A DNA stretch of 64,000 nucleotides, taken from positions 71,176,001-71,240,000 of the forward strand of contig OX638155.1 of assembly GCA_951804945.1 (NCBI GenBank). The letters run 5' to 3'. Position 1 is the first letter of the stretch. The number at the start of each line of letters is the position of its first letter. The position numbers were made by a program, and so were the translations under genes. The notes under the pieces were generated by a model that worked only from the letters and a program-made list of their open reading frames with translations, was not told the origin of the DNA and did not search any database. This DNA comes from Podarcis cretensis. Its lineage: Eukaryota. Positions 1 to 12,660 of this stretch are shown in pieces.

Positions 1-2387
1 GTGCAAAAGCTCCCCCCCCCAAAAAAAGCATACAGTGATTTATCAGGCAGATCAATGAAAACATTGACCTGAGGTTTTAGGAAATAGAAAATTGCCTCCT
101 ATTAACATTAAGAAAGGGGGGAACCTGGAAAAAGTCAGGTAGTAGACTAACCTCTCATCAGGGTCTTGCATTCTCTGGAAATATAAATATGGTTAATAAA
201 ATATAGATATGCAACCCAGTTGGGCATCTTACAGTATTGAATACTTGTAAGTGACAAAATTGGTATTGATCAGACATTTCAGAGGAATGAACACAGAATG
301 GAAACAAAGCTATAAAATAGGCACATTTTCACATGGTTAAAATAACAAAATCCAAGTAAAGACTTATCATCGTTAGCAGATTATCAAGTATAGTTCCAGA
401 TTTGCCATGTTTGTCTTGTTTAGTGCAAACCTACAACACCATAAATTTGTATTCATTTATAGTTTGCCCATCTATGAAGGCTTAGTCCTACACTGGCAAG
501 TGTGGATTATCTTGTCCAAAAGATTATTGATCTAATTTTCTTGTCTGTCTGTGCAGCCTTGCACCACAGTCCTAACTCAAAGGCTTGTTCTCTCCCACAA
601 CTTATGCCTTCTCTCCAAACTGGCAGGATGTAGCAATCCTGTTTCCTAACCGCACTAATTGTGACTAAGACTCCTCTATTTGCCCTTGACAAAAACCCAA
701 GCCTTTTCTTTTTCTTCCCATCCCCACTGCCCTGCTTGTTTCTCCTATAGATATTTGGGAATGGATGGGAATAGCTTCTAATTAGGGAATAGCTCAAAGA
801 AGGGAAGCTCTTTCTCCAGCTGCAGGGCGGCTGGCGGCTGCTCTCTAGGAAGAGATTCATCTTGCTTAGTGAAATAGCTGGTAGATTAACTGTCTAAATA
901 AATCATCACCAGTGATGAATGGTGCCATTGTGCTAAAGAGGAAAGGGAAGATAAAGCCAACTAAAGCGCCATTTGTGGATAGTGAGGCGTGCAGTTGTAG
1001 CCTTCCCTGGGTGGTCACCACAGCCAAATCATTGCTTTTCTTCTAGTTGGCCTCTTGGCAATTCCCTGCAGTAATTCCCCAAATATTTCATAGCTTCACA
1101 TAAGTATAGGAACAATAACTATTCTGTATTGTAAAAGGAAGTAAATAGTCCCTCCCTGCTAGCTCTGTGATCAGTTTTGTTTCCAGTCCTTCAGAAAACT
1201 CTTGGGTGATGCCTTTCCCTTTCACCGGGAGCGCTGTTTACTTGAGCAGCAATTCATTAACTACCAGATCTTTCAGTAGATGCTCCTAAATACCACTTTT
1301 ATCTGCTGGATGTTCAAATCAGGCATACTTCCTTGAACAAGCTTCTGTAGTCCTTCTGTGTTAAGGCTGAAGCAGGAACAGCCACCCAAGTTCACAGTAA
1401 ACCATTAATTGTTTGCTGTGATGTGCCAAATGGGCCACAGTGGGTGGTATCCCCCTAGTTTACAGAGAGTAGGATCATTAAAGTTAAGACTGGAGTTAGC
1501 CATGGCTATTAGTTTAACTGGGACTACTCTGAGTAGGATGAGCATTGGATATAGCCCTGTGATTTTGAAACTATTCTATTGCAACAACTTAGGAAAAAAA
1601 GTTGTTTCAAGGCTGAAAATCCACATGGGTTTTCCAGAAAGGATCCAAGACCAGACCTAGTTAGAATTTTTAAAAAAAATTAAAAATAAATTTAAAAAAA
1701 TAATCTTTGATGGAAAACTCTATGGTTAAGACCCACAGGCTGCCAGAAAAAAAAACGGGGAGTCTAGGGCAACAGTACCTTTTAAGGTGCACTTAAAACA
1801 GAGAGAAGTTTCAAGAGCCATTTGATAATGTATGGAGGTTAAATGTCCAAAGGGAAAGGAATTTGAATTCCACCGGGTGTGTGGAGGCCCTTGGGTAAGT
1901 CTCAAGTATGTTTCTGGATCCCACCCCCACATCATTAGCAACTTCAGTGACTGTTCTAGCAAAGTGTAAGCTCCATTTAAACAGGTCATATATGCTACAA
2001 AATAATGCTATTTAATTACTTCTGAGAATAATTTTCTGTGTTTTAAAAAAGTTTGTAAAAAGGGGATTCCAAGTCGTAATCCTTTCTAAGGCAATTACAG
2101 ATTTTTCGAACTCAGTTTACTAATATAGTTTACTTCTTTAAAAAACTGTGTGTAAGTGATAATCTGTGGCCTCCTTCATCCTGGTGTCCTCCAAGGGCTT
2201 ATGGAAACTAGTCCAAAACATCTGGAGGGTAACAACTGGAATGCTGGCCAGTGAATGTTGTTTCGTTTTCCTAGCCTGATATTCATTTGCACATAATTGT
2301 CATTTTTATAGGAAAGTCTAATGCAGTATTTAAATGCTTCTTAGAAAACACTGATATAGTTTTGCTTCTGAATTTTGTCCTTTAAAG

Positions 2388-2479
2388 GGAGTGACTCAGA
2401 TTGATAATGACCTGAAGGCAAGGGCGTCTGCATACAACAACCTGAAAGGCAACCTTCAGAACTTGGAAAGGAAGAATGC
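2388..2479 (+). CDS. ATP6V1C1: V-ATPase V1 subunit C1, internal coding exon (probably exon 6; upstream exons lie outside the window)
   Basis: AG|GGA...GC|GTGAGT; translates [31 protein letters not shown], matching recalled vertebrate ATP6V1C1. Confidence 0.96.
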
Positions 2480-3071
2480 GTGAGTTGTCTTCTTCTGTAA
2501 GGCAATCTGAAAGCAGGCTGATAAATTTGATATGTTCAATGTGACTTTTGATTTCTGAATTCATACATTTCTCAGGCAAGGGCCTAAATCAGCAGACTGC
2601 CCTTCCTCTGGGTTTGAACATACTGTACAAGATAATGGGGGAGTTAAAGCCACATTTGAAACAAGCTAAGAAAAAAACCTGAAAAAAGAGGGAAGAAACA
2701 TATTTGCCATCATGTTGAAGTCATACAGAGAATTGTATAACAATCAGCCATATAGCTCGACTTGTCAGTCTTGAGTATCACAGCACATGATCTTTGTTTT
2801 CAGATAACATTAAGTGGCGGGCTCATGCAAGTTTATCTGAAAACTTGGGATTTCATACTTTACCAAACTTAAGTTAGCCACTCACTTGGATTGAGATTTT
2901 GGCTATTTGTCAGTAAAATAATTGATTGGTTTTGGGGCATGTCTAATTGATTATATCACATCAGGAGCACTATAAAAATTGTAGCTATTCACTGCCAAAA
3001 GTCTTATTATTCAGATCAAATTAAATATAAGAATTATACACTCATTTCTTGATCTTCTTGTTCTTTAACAG

Positions 3072-3170
3072 GGGAAGTTTGCTAACCAGAAGTCTGGCCG
3101 AAATTGTAAAGAAAGATGACTTTGTACTTGATTCTGAATATTTGATTACATTGTTAGTGGTTGTACCAAA
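3072..3170 (+). CDS. ATP6V1C1: ATP6V1C1 coding exon
   Basis: AG/GTAAGT boundaries, phase-compatible; [33 protein letters not shown]. Confidence 0.96.
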
Positions 3171-4701
3171 GTAAGTTTGTCTCCTGGTCTCAAAAAGAAT
3201 CCTTGCTGAAACGTAAAAACAAGCATACCGAATGTAATAAGAGGAAGGGATATTTCACAGCATGATTTGTTTGCTGAAACTGCTATGTTACCATGGAATA
3301 ATTAAAGGCAAATGTGGAAATGTGCTATCCACTTCCAAGGGGCAGGGGAACGGGCATTGTCTTTACATTGTCTCAACATCAGCAAAAGCACTCAGTGTTT
3401 CCATTTTATGTTGAAGCCCTTTCACAAACACTGCAAAATCTGTTCATTTATGAAGTCAGTTGAGAAATCTAGCTAAGCTGCGAAAACTGACCTCCAGGTT
3501 TCAGAAATTCTCATTGATTTGCTCTAACCTATTGAAGTGTTTAGCTTGTAAATTGGATTTACTGAAGTCAGTCAACATTTTGCTTCTTATCACTGCATTT
3601 ATCTTCCCTGCCCTAATTCTTTCTATATTAGCCTGCAATCTTAGTAAAGTATTAGCAGGCCAGGCAAACAAGGCTATTATCTGTAATAATATTTTAGTCA
3701 AAATAAATTGTGTTGAGGATGTATCTGAGTTGGTCGAAGGATGCCGATAGCTCATGGAAATTTACTAGCTTAAAAAAAATTAAAACTGGAAATACTTGAT
3801 AAAAAGGTATTGTCTTGGGAAAAGAAGACATTTTTAGGCCAATAAAGAGTTGAAACTAAAGAACATGGTGTTGAGTTTAGCTTCTTGCTTAATTATGTAG
3901 AACATTCTGTACATCTAAAACTATATACACAACAAAAACTTAGTTTTATATTTCTATATTTAATTTTGCCCCATGCCTGCTTCATTCTGGGTGTTGAATG
4001 GGGCTTGCAGTGCAAACCTATGCATATTTGCTTTTAAAGTAAGTGTCCATAAAAATGCAATGAAAAATATGCACTTTGAGTTGTTGTTGTTACTGTTATT
4101 GTTCTTGTTATTATACCCCATTCATCTTCCTGGGTTTCCCCAGCCACTCTGAGTGGCTTGCAGCATATCTAAAAACATAATAAAAACATCAAGTATTAAA
4201 AGTTTGATCTCTGCTCTAATGCACAGTGTTCTACCCTGTGAAAACCAGGAGTGCTTTTTCCTATGCAATAAAAACAAGAGTTTGCAATAGGTATTGTTCA
4301 TTACAACAACTTCCTTGCAAGTCCTGGGTCAACACTATGATCTTAAAGCTGTACTGGAGAACTTAAGTCTGTCTAAGTCTTAAGCTATACGCACCACAGG
4401 GAATGAATCCCTGGAGTTCAGAGTAAATTGAGTAAAGATACATACAATAGTGCTATAAAACTATTTCCTGACTTAGCACCTGGCAGAGCAACATCTGATG
4501 CAGTGCAAAGTTCTTCTGTAGATGGAAAGGAAACTAGGCCGCCCCTCTGTGTATTCATGGAGAAACTTGGATGACACATCAGACGGCTCCTTGGATCTTG
4601 GGTGTATCCTGTGTGTATCCTGAAAACACTCATAGTGCTGACAGTGGCAAAAAGAACTTTGTGCTCCCCTCCCCACTAATGCTTAACTTTTCCATCTTTA
4701 G

Positions 4702-4770
4702 GATAAATTATAATGACTGGATGAAGCAGTATGAAACTTTAACGGATATGATAGTTCCACGATCCAGCAA
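4702..4770 (+). CDS. ATP6V1C1: ATP6V1C1 coding exon
   Basis: AG/GTAAGT; INYNDWMKQYETLTDMIVPRSS. Confidence 0.95.
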
Positions 4771-5652
4771 GTAAGTTTGATTCCACTTACTTAGGAACAC
4801 AGTTGAAAATAGGCTGATGTACTCAAACAAAAAGGAGAAACAGCTTTTGGAGACTTGGTTTGCCCCGTACTACAACACGCCCCCCCCCCCCCCCGAAAAA
4901 GTTAGTTCTCTTTAGAATTCTTTCATCACCTTGTGATTTGAGTCTTTGAATCAGGTCCTTTCTCCCAGAAACTGCATTCCTGAACAATGAATATAAGTGC
5001 CACCTTATACTGAGTTCCAGTAACGCCCAGTAATGTGTGCAGCCAGCTGTACTGTTGGCCACAGCCCAACCACATGGTACAATTGTTAGGAGAGGTGATG
5101 TTCAAAAAAGCATATTTTTGTCATTTGGACTTGAAGGTTGAAAGTGCAGTAATCTTCTACTGGGCCAATTGCATTAGAGAAAACTTTGGTTTGCACAGAA
5201 TTCGTTTTCTGGGGCAAGGGTGGGTACAACTCTCATTCTGGCCCCTCCTCTGAAGCAGTATCTGTTCTTCAGCTCTAATGCTCCGTTCGCTTTACTAAGC
5301 AGGCAAGATTGGGAAAGCTACTGAAAGCTGTTAAGTAGTGTTGCACATTTGAGGTCATTTTCTGAGCGGGTTTAATGCAGCTAGGTTTGCTCAGAAAGGA
5401 CAACGCTTTGAATGTGAAATGCGACTCGAGCACTTCTCCTGTGAAGCATGGCAAAGGTGAGCTGCAATTACTCCTCTAATAGCGGTACACCATCTGTAAG
5501 CCTAGCGCTGTAATCTGAAGCAGCACAACTGAGCAGCAGCAGCACATAAGCTATTTTTGCTGGTCTTGCGTTACAGGTTACAGTTTTTATTGCAGTATGT
5601 CTCTTCCTTTATTTTTTGACCTGTGCTCCCTGGTGTCTTTCATTCTTTGCAG

Positions 5653-5745
5653 TGTTCTTTCGGAGGACCAGGATAGTTATCTCTGTAATGTCACCTTGTT
5701 CAGGAAGGCCGTGGATGAGTTCAGGCACAAAGCCAGGGAAAACAA
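5653..5745 (+). CDS. ATP6V1C1: ATP6V1C1 coding exon
   Basis: AG/GTAAGT; [30 protein letters not shown]. Confidence 0.96.
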
Positions 5746-5827
5746 GTAAGTGGTCCTCCCAGGTTGTTTTTCTGCCGAACAGCAATTGTAAGGCAACCTA
5801 CAATGGTCTGCTGGTCTCCCGATGCAG

Positions 5828-5921
5828 GTTTATGGTCCGCGACTTTCAGTATAATGAAGAAGAGATGAAGGCAGACAAGGAAGAAATGAACAGGCTGTCT
5901 ACTGATAAGAAGAAACAGTTT
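5828..5921 (+). CDS. ATP6V1C1: ATP6V1C1 coding exon (follows an 82-nt intron)
   Basis: CAG|G...TTT|GTAAGT; [31 protein letters not shown]. Confidence 0.96.
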
Positions 5922-6682
5922 GTAAGTTCAATGTGTGTTAAATACATTTGAAGATAATTCTTCAACCCCCCAAATAGTTCTTCCTTCCCTACATCTGCCT
6001 TCAGGGACTATTGAGACTAATTCATTGATATATAAGAAACGTTGCAGTAAATGCAGAGCGAGCAAAGCAGCCTTTGACAGTATGAAAGCTGTTATAGTAT
6101 TTGTAGGTTACAGTTTGGGCTACGCTTTTCAGTGTTTGGCTATTTAGTTTTCTAGATGGCATTGGGAGATGTCAGGGCCCTAGAACCATCTGCAAAGGCT
6201 GTGAGACAAATCAGCCCCCACCCAGTGCCCGTTACCTCCACAGAAGGAGAATTTGTTGTGTGGGTCCCTTCCTACATGTAAGCTCTCAGATGTTTCTGTG
6301 CAGTGCCCAGTGTATTGAGGATTGCTACCATTTCTGTGGTTCTGAATGCATTGCATAGATCTCCTGCTGGAGGTGCCCTATGTAATTTCTGAAAGACAAA
6401 GATCCATGCCAGTAGATAAGCTTGTTCCTTTTTCTTTCTGTCTACATTTTCCTGAATAATTTCATGACTTTTTAAAAGCTGATTCCCTCCATATGAACCT
6501 GCCTATCCAGTAAGATCATCTTTGGAAGCTCCCCAGATCTGCCCTAGAGGTTCCCCCAATCCTCCAGAGCTGGTTTTGAGAGGGGGGTGCTGATGAGGAC
6601 AGAAGAGGAAGCACCACTGAGTCCATGGAAATGCATTGTGCCGGTGCAACTGCAGCCTTGGATACTGTCCTATGCAGTAAAA

Positions 6683-7041
6683 GGCATGCAGGTGGCACTG
6701 TGGTCTAAACCACTGAGCCTAGGGCTTGCCAATCAGAAGGTCGGTGGTTCGAATCCCCGCAACGGGGTGAGCTCCCGTTGCTCGGTCCCAGCTCCTGCCA
6801 ACCTAGCAGTTTGAAAGCACATCAAAGTGCAAGTAGATAAATAGGTACCGCTCCGGCGGGTAGGTCAACGGTGTTTCCGTGCGCTGCTCTGGTTCGCCAG
6901 AAGCAGCTTAGTCATGCTGACCATATGACCCCGGAAGCTGTACGCCGGCTCCCTCGGCCAGTAAAGTGAGATGAGCGCCGCAACCCCAGAGTCATCCACG
7001 ACTGGACCTAATGGTCAGGGGTCCCTTTACCTTTACCTTTA
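6683..7041 (+). mobile_element. Sauria SINE (Squam1-type), near full length
   Basis: tRNA-like head (GGTGGCACTGTGGT ... GGTTCGAATCCC), (ACCTTT)n tail, TSD CCTATGCAGT at 6669-6678 and 7042-7051. Confidence 0.9.
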
Positions 7042-7047
7042 CCTATG

Positions 7048-7195
7048 CAGTGCTTTTTTTCTTTTAAAAAAATGTTTAGGGGTACTCTCATTTTCCTACT
7101 CATATTGAAATACTGATTCTCAATGAGGCCAAACTTAGATTCACAAAATGTTTAGGGGTATGCGTACCCCCATGTCCCCCCAGAAAAAAGCACTT
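7048..7195. mobile_element. Non-autonomous hAT-like MITE
   Basis: TIRs CAGTGCTTTTTT / AAAAAAGCACTT; 8-bp TSD GTCCTATG (6667-6674) / GTCCTACG (7196-7203). Confidence 0.75.
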
Positions 7196-7586
7196 GTCCT
7201 ACGTATTTTTGATGCCAGGTGAAGATGGTTCCCCCCCCCCCCATCATTTTAATCTGTGACTAGGTGAACCCTTGACTTGGTCTTTTATGTATTTGCTGTA
7301 TGTATTTTTGTTTCTGCTGTTTTTATATTATTGCTGTTTTATAGTTTTAGGTAAGCTTCCTTTGTCTTCAGAAACAAAGGCAGGAAATAAATGCTTAAAA
7401 TGACAAGATGTTGCTGCTCAGAATCTCAGTTTCCCCAGCCAAATGATGCTTCCATTATCTCCTCTTGGCATGCTTTCATTCTGCAGAGCAGCTGCAGTAA
7501 TGTTGCCATACACAAAACATATTTGAATACAGTGCAAAGTCTCCTGATGCTTAAAATGCCTTCTTGCTTTTCCTTTCCAAATACAG

Positions 7587-7684
7587 GGGCCTCTAGTACG
7601 ATGGCTGAAAGTAAATTTCAGTGAAGCTTTCATTGCATGGATTCATGTGAAAGCGCTGAGAGTCTTCGTTGAATCAGTTTTGAG
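7587..7684 (+). CDS. ATP6V1C1: ATP6V1C1 coding exon
   Basis: CAG|GGG...AG|GT; [33 protein letters not shown]. Confidence 0.96.
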
Positions 7685-9212
7685 GTATTTTTCTTTATAG
7701 ATGAGCTATTGCTCCATTCCTTCAAGAATCACTAGCATTCCACATGTTTGGTCTGGTGAATCTTGGTAGCTGCGCTCTCTTGCACAGACAACAGGATTAT
7801 CTGAATCAAATTACTATTTACGCATTAACTAGGAACAAGGCCAATTTACAGATACTTCCATGATCCACAAGGCAGAGAGGTGGTCTTCAAATCTCCCCCT
7901 TTTCCTGCAGTCTGATGTGCTACTTTGTTTCTGCTGTTATTCTGGATGTCTGATGTTCTAAACAGCATCCCTGGAACATATTTGGGGAGGCAGACAGTAG
8001 CACAATGGGATGTGCTACTGAAGGGATGAAAATTCCGCTCCCTCGCCTTTTCACTAATGGGAGCCTCCACTGGAGCGAAGTGCCTTCTTTCAGCAGAGGG
8101 ACATATATGTCATCAAATTGGTTGCTGCTGCTTGCAAGAGCCAAAGGCAATGGAGTACAGTAAGGAGATTCACAGTAAAATGCTATAACAGTTTTATGAC
8201 AGCTGATTCATAAACTGAGATAGCAAATGCAGGAAATATGATCACATACATACATAAATTTTGTGTGCTGCTTTTCCGCAGTTCCAATCATGCTCAAGGT
8301 GGCTTACAACATGAAAAAATATCAGAAGTATTCATAAAGAAAAAAGAAAAAAGTTAAAAAATACACAACCAAACTGCACAATTTCCACATTAATCACAAC
8401 AAGATCTGAAATACAGGTACCAAACAACAACAGCAGCCCTCCCCGGCAACCCCCCCCCCAAGCAACACCCCAGCCCAAGAGTCTGTTCAGCAGCCTCAGC
8501 TTCTGTAGCCAGAGTCAGGGCACTGCCATCCCAGGCCAGGTGGAGAAGCCTTCAAGGCAAGGAGCAGGTCTTCCAGAACTCAAAGCCAATATGGTCCAAA
8601 GATGATTCCAAAACCTTTGAATAAGACAAGTGTTCCAAAATAAGAGAGTTATCCCTTTCAGATACCTGTTTTATCCTCCTGCCTGTTAATTAGGCTTGGA
8701 GCACAAAGAGTGAACAGGTGCTTATTCAGAAACTTTTTAAATGTTTGATTTTTATTGACAATTTTTCTAAGCAACACAGCAAACGACAACTGGAACAGAG
8801 GCTCTCGAGTTTCATTAACGGCAGAGCTCAACATCCTTGGGAATTTTGCTGCCCCTTTGTATATTTCCAGAATAACTGGCAGGAGTGGTGACTCTGGCCC
8901 CTCTCCACAGTCTTACTGTATTCCCCCTCCACCCAAGCTAATTTTACATTGTCAGGTTCATCGCTCATCTAAGGATAATTGTCATACTCCATGAAACCAT
9001 CATGTAACAAAAATAATAATCGGATGCTTATGAAGCACATGCATATTCCATCACCATATCCCCACCTCCATGATGGGGAGAGCAGCATTAACATTTGATT
9101 GAGCTGAACCGGCTACCTCACTGTATCACTAATGGTGACAACAATTGCATTCCAGAAGTCTCAGAACTGAAGCACATCCCCAACAGCTCTTAAAATTACT
9201 TTGCTCTTCTAG

Positions 9213-9339
9213 GTATGGTTTGCCAGTGAACTTCCAGGCTATGCTCCTTCAGCCCAACAAGAAAACCATGAAGAAATTGAGAGAGGTTTTGTATGACTTG
9301 TACAAGCACCTTGACAGCAGCGCAGCAGCAATCATTGAT
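9213..9339 (+). CDS. ATP6V1C1: ATP6V1C1 penultimate coding exon
   Basis: AG/GTAAGT; [42 protein letters not shown]. Confidence 0.96.
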
Positions 9340-9971
9340 GTAAGTAACTCGCATTTTTACAATGTCCACCTACAATTCAAATTGTTGAAGTTGCGTTGAC
9401 TGAGAATTTTCTTACACCAAGGAGACACTATCTGGCTCAGCCACATCTACCAGCATGGGAGCTGGTGCTGATTGGACAGTTTATAAGTTTGCCTGGATGT
9501 TGGTAAAGTAGAAACAAGGTTGATTGTAGTCTTATGTCCTGCTAGAAAGGATGGCCCTGTGCAAACTACTAAAACAGTAATCGCAATGTCTTGAGTGCCA
9601 CAATGGCAGATTTGGAACAATCATCTCCCATTCAGCATCACTTGGTGCCATGGAGACTCTGTTGATAGAGGCAGATGATGTCATTTATCAATCTCAGTGG
9701 AGCTAGTGGGACTTTAAGTGAAATGTTTGTGTTGTATAGAAGTGGAGAAAATCTTGAAATCTTGCTTGTCAAGCATATGTTCTGTCACAAAGCTATGACC
9801 CTTCCCCAGTGGGAAGGAAATTTGAAAATGTACCAAAAAGATAAAATTCAGGTGGTTTTTGTCTGAGTCTGAGCAACAGTACTTGTACGTGTTTAAAGAA
9901 AATATGTGGCCATTAACTCTCCTGCTAAACTCTTCGTTATTGAGTTAAAAAAAACAACTTGTCTTTTATAG

Positions 9972-10067
9972 GCAACTATGGATATTCCAGGTTTGAACCT
10001 CAGTCAGCAAGAATACTACCCCTATGTGTACTACAAGATAGACTGCAACTTGCTCGAATTTAAGTAG
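9972..10067 (+). CDS. ATP6V1C1: ATP6V1C1 last coding exon with TAG stop
   Basis: [31 protein letters not shown]; candidate AATAAA signals downstream near 10584, 11051 and 12931. Confidence 0.96.
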   Translation, partial: ATMDIPGLNLSQQEYYPYVYYKIDCNLLEFK

Positions 10068-12530
10068 ATGACTTCTGACCCTGACCATCCTCACATAATA
10101 TTGGTGTCCAAGAAGAAAAGGTTGAAGAATGGTGATGCTCCTAACTCTCTCCTGTAAACCTGTTGCTTGCTTGCTTCCTCCCTCGCGTAGGAGAATAATC
10201 CCCATAGTGGTCCATCTCTTTGACATTTTCTTTTAAAAGAGAAATGTAAGTATCGCTTTTAAATTGATCAGGTCTGTAAATGTATATTGAGAGAATCAGA
10301 GTGTATTTATAAATAGTCCTTATTTAAAAAAAGTTTTTAAAGGGTCATTCCTCTTCCGTACCGTGGTCTGCATCAATTCCATTGACTATCCTCCGGGAAG
10401 AACTTGTTTACAAAGGAAGATTGTGGGGAGAAAACTTAATGCCATTTTGTTCACTGTGTTTCATAGATATAAAACTTGTAAACATTGTTATTGAATTGTG
10501 ATGTAAAATATGTGGAGATTGATATTCAGTCTGTGCTTTCTGAATGTTTTAAACTTATGCACAGGAAACATTCACAGGAGAAAAATAAAAGCACCTGTAC
10601 TACTGTATTGACTGCTTTGTCTCACTCTGGTATAACTTTGTCAAAAGCTGGTAGGAACCATTTTGAGAGGTGAGATTCATACACTGGGTGCTAAAGCAAG
10701 CAAATAGATTTGTGGTGGTCATAAATGAAGCCAATCAATAATGAGCAATCGCTGGAAGGAATTGGTGGGGCCGGCAGGGGGAGAATAGATGAAGACCTAC
10801 AGGACAATAATCAATAAGAGTATCTTCATTGCTGGGCCCAAGTAAATAGGGAAACATGATGGGTCTTTTTAAAGAGCTGGTTGATTCTAACATGCATTTT
10901 GGTATTATGAAGAATAAGTTTATAATATTTATCGGTCAGAACCAATTCTTTATTTCTGTCACTTGAATATTTTAAAACTTTTTGGAGCTTCTGCACTACC
11001 ACTACACTTTTGTTTCTGGAACACCAGAGGGCACCCTTGTGCCACTTTCAAATAAACAATATTACAGTAAATGCAACAACAGGTATTGGCAAAATATTAA
11101 AATGAGAACTTGAAAGGGAGCTTCAGTAATAAGCTGGTTTCTTCTAGCAGAAGTCTGTTAGGAGAACAGCATGATATTTTTTAAGTGCCAGGAATAAGCC
11201 AGACTTCCATTACTGGTACCTTGTTCTGCAGAGTCTACACACCTTTCTTTTCTACCTTGAGCTATAGTAGAAGATTGCAGGTCAAACGCTACAGTGAATC
11301 CACTGTATCCAGTTGTGTTCCTCCACTCGCTGAATGCTGTTTGATCTTGCAGAGCCTTAAGCAGAACAGAGAACAAAGCTATCCAGCAATTTCTTCTGTT
11401 CCGCCCCAAATTTGCTTGTAGGGTGTGGAACACTTTGGAATAATGTGGGCCATGTCACAGCAGTAGCAGAAGGGAGGGAGAACCAGCCAAGATCACCTCC
11501 ATCCCTTTTCCACTGACAGAAGGCTCCACTGGATCAAATAACTTTCCAGCAGCTTCTGGGGTGCCAGTTGGATGCAGCTTGAGGTCAACATGTAGCCTAG
11601 TTGAAAACTGTTCTTTTGAAAATAATGCAGCCTGTCAGTGCTGTTCGAATTGTGCTGCAAAATGCCAGGACCCAGCTTCCAGAAAGTTCAACCTGTTGCC
11701 AGAACTGCTTCTTACATAATCTGATGGATACAGAACACAACCTACAGTTACTCTTTATTTTAGAGAACACATTCCATTAAAACAACAACGCATCACTAAA
11801 CAGCAGTTGATAGCAGCATCAACCGAGTCTCTTCCAAACACCTAACACCTGTCTTTACATTTTTATTTTTATTTTTTTCAAAAAGGGTTGTTATAAAAAC
11901 AAACAGCAACAAGAACATTTTACTAGGTAGTATGTTACAGAGATACAGGAAACAGGAGAATCGGGAAAATATTAAGAAGTACGTTGAAAACCACATCAAA
12001 AATACAATGGAACACAGTTCTTACAATTATTATTGGAAGGGGTCCTTTAAGAGGATCTGACCAGTTTCTTTAATATAACTTCTGAAGAAGATTGACTATT
12101 ATTTCATTATCATCTCTCAGCAAGCCTGGACTTAGTGGGTATGACATATTTCATGGAGTCAAATGCTACCTGATTCATGTCTGCCACAAATTGTATATAG
12201 GTGGAGCCTGAATATGTTCTTGTATATTTGTGAAAACAATAAAATCACACCATGTGTCTGTACATGCATCTCACCTACATTGTCGATTTATACGGTACGT
12301 CTTAGCTTATGGGCAATTTTTTCCAATAATGCTATAAGCTGCACTTGGTGCCATGCCTCTTGATAAATCTTTCCACGCTCTAGCTATGATTATGCTGCAC
12401 TGAGCAAATGGCTTATCAGGCCCTTATTCATTACATGCAAGTTTTGGTCTGTGAACAAATTTAGAAGGGCTAACGGAGGTGTCATTTGAACATCTTGTTT
12501 AGCATCTACAGTTACCTTAAAGTTATTAAG

Positions 12531-12660
12531 TTACAGATAGGTAGCCGTGTTGGTCTGCCAGTCAAAACAAAATAAAAAATTTCCTTCCAGTAGCACCTTA
12601 AAGACCAACTAAGTCGGTTCTTGGTATGAGCTTTCGTGTGCATGCACACTTCAGATACCA
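12531..12660 (-). mobile_element. Penelope-like element terminal (pLTR) fragment with degenerate hammerhead core
   Basis: Same family as 51962-52158; minus strand reads CTGAAG-TGTGCATGCACAC-GAAAGCTC; flanked by a 14-bp direct repeat with one mismatch (12516-12529 / 12664-12677). Confidence 0.7.

Noticed and set aside
5746-5827. 82-nt intron readable in frame in the ORF track (5616-5951)
   Set aside because: Canonical GT-AG intron; length is not a multiple of 3, so retention would frameshift the protein.
6683-6770. tRNA gene-like A/B boxes (also near 31430 and 62390)
   Set aside because: They are SINE heads followed by SINE bodies and tails, not complete tRNA cloverleafs.
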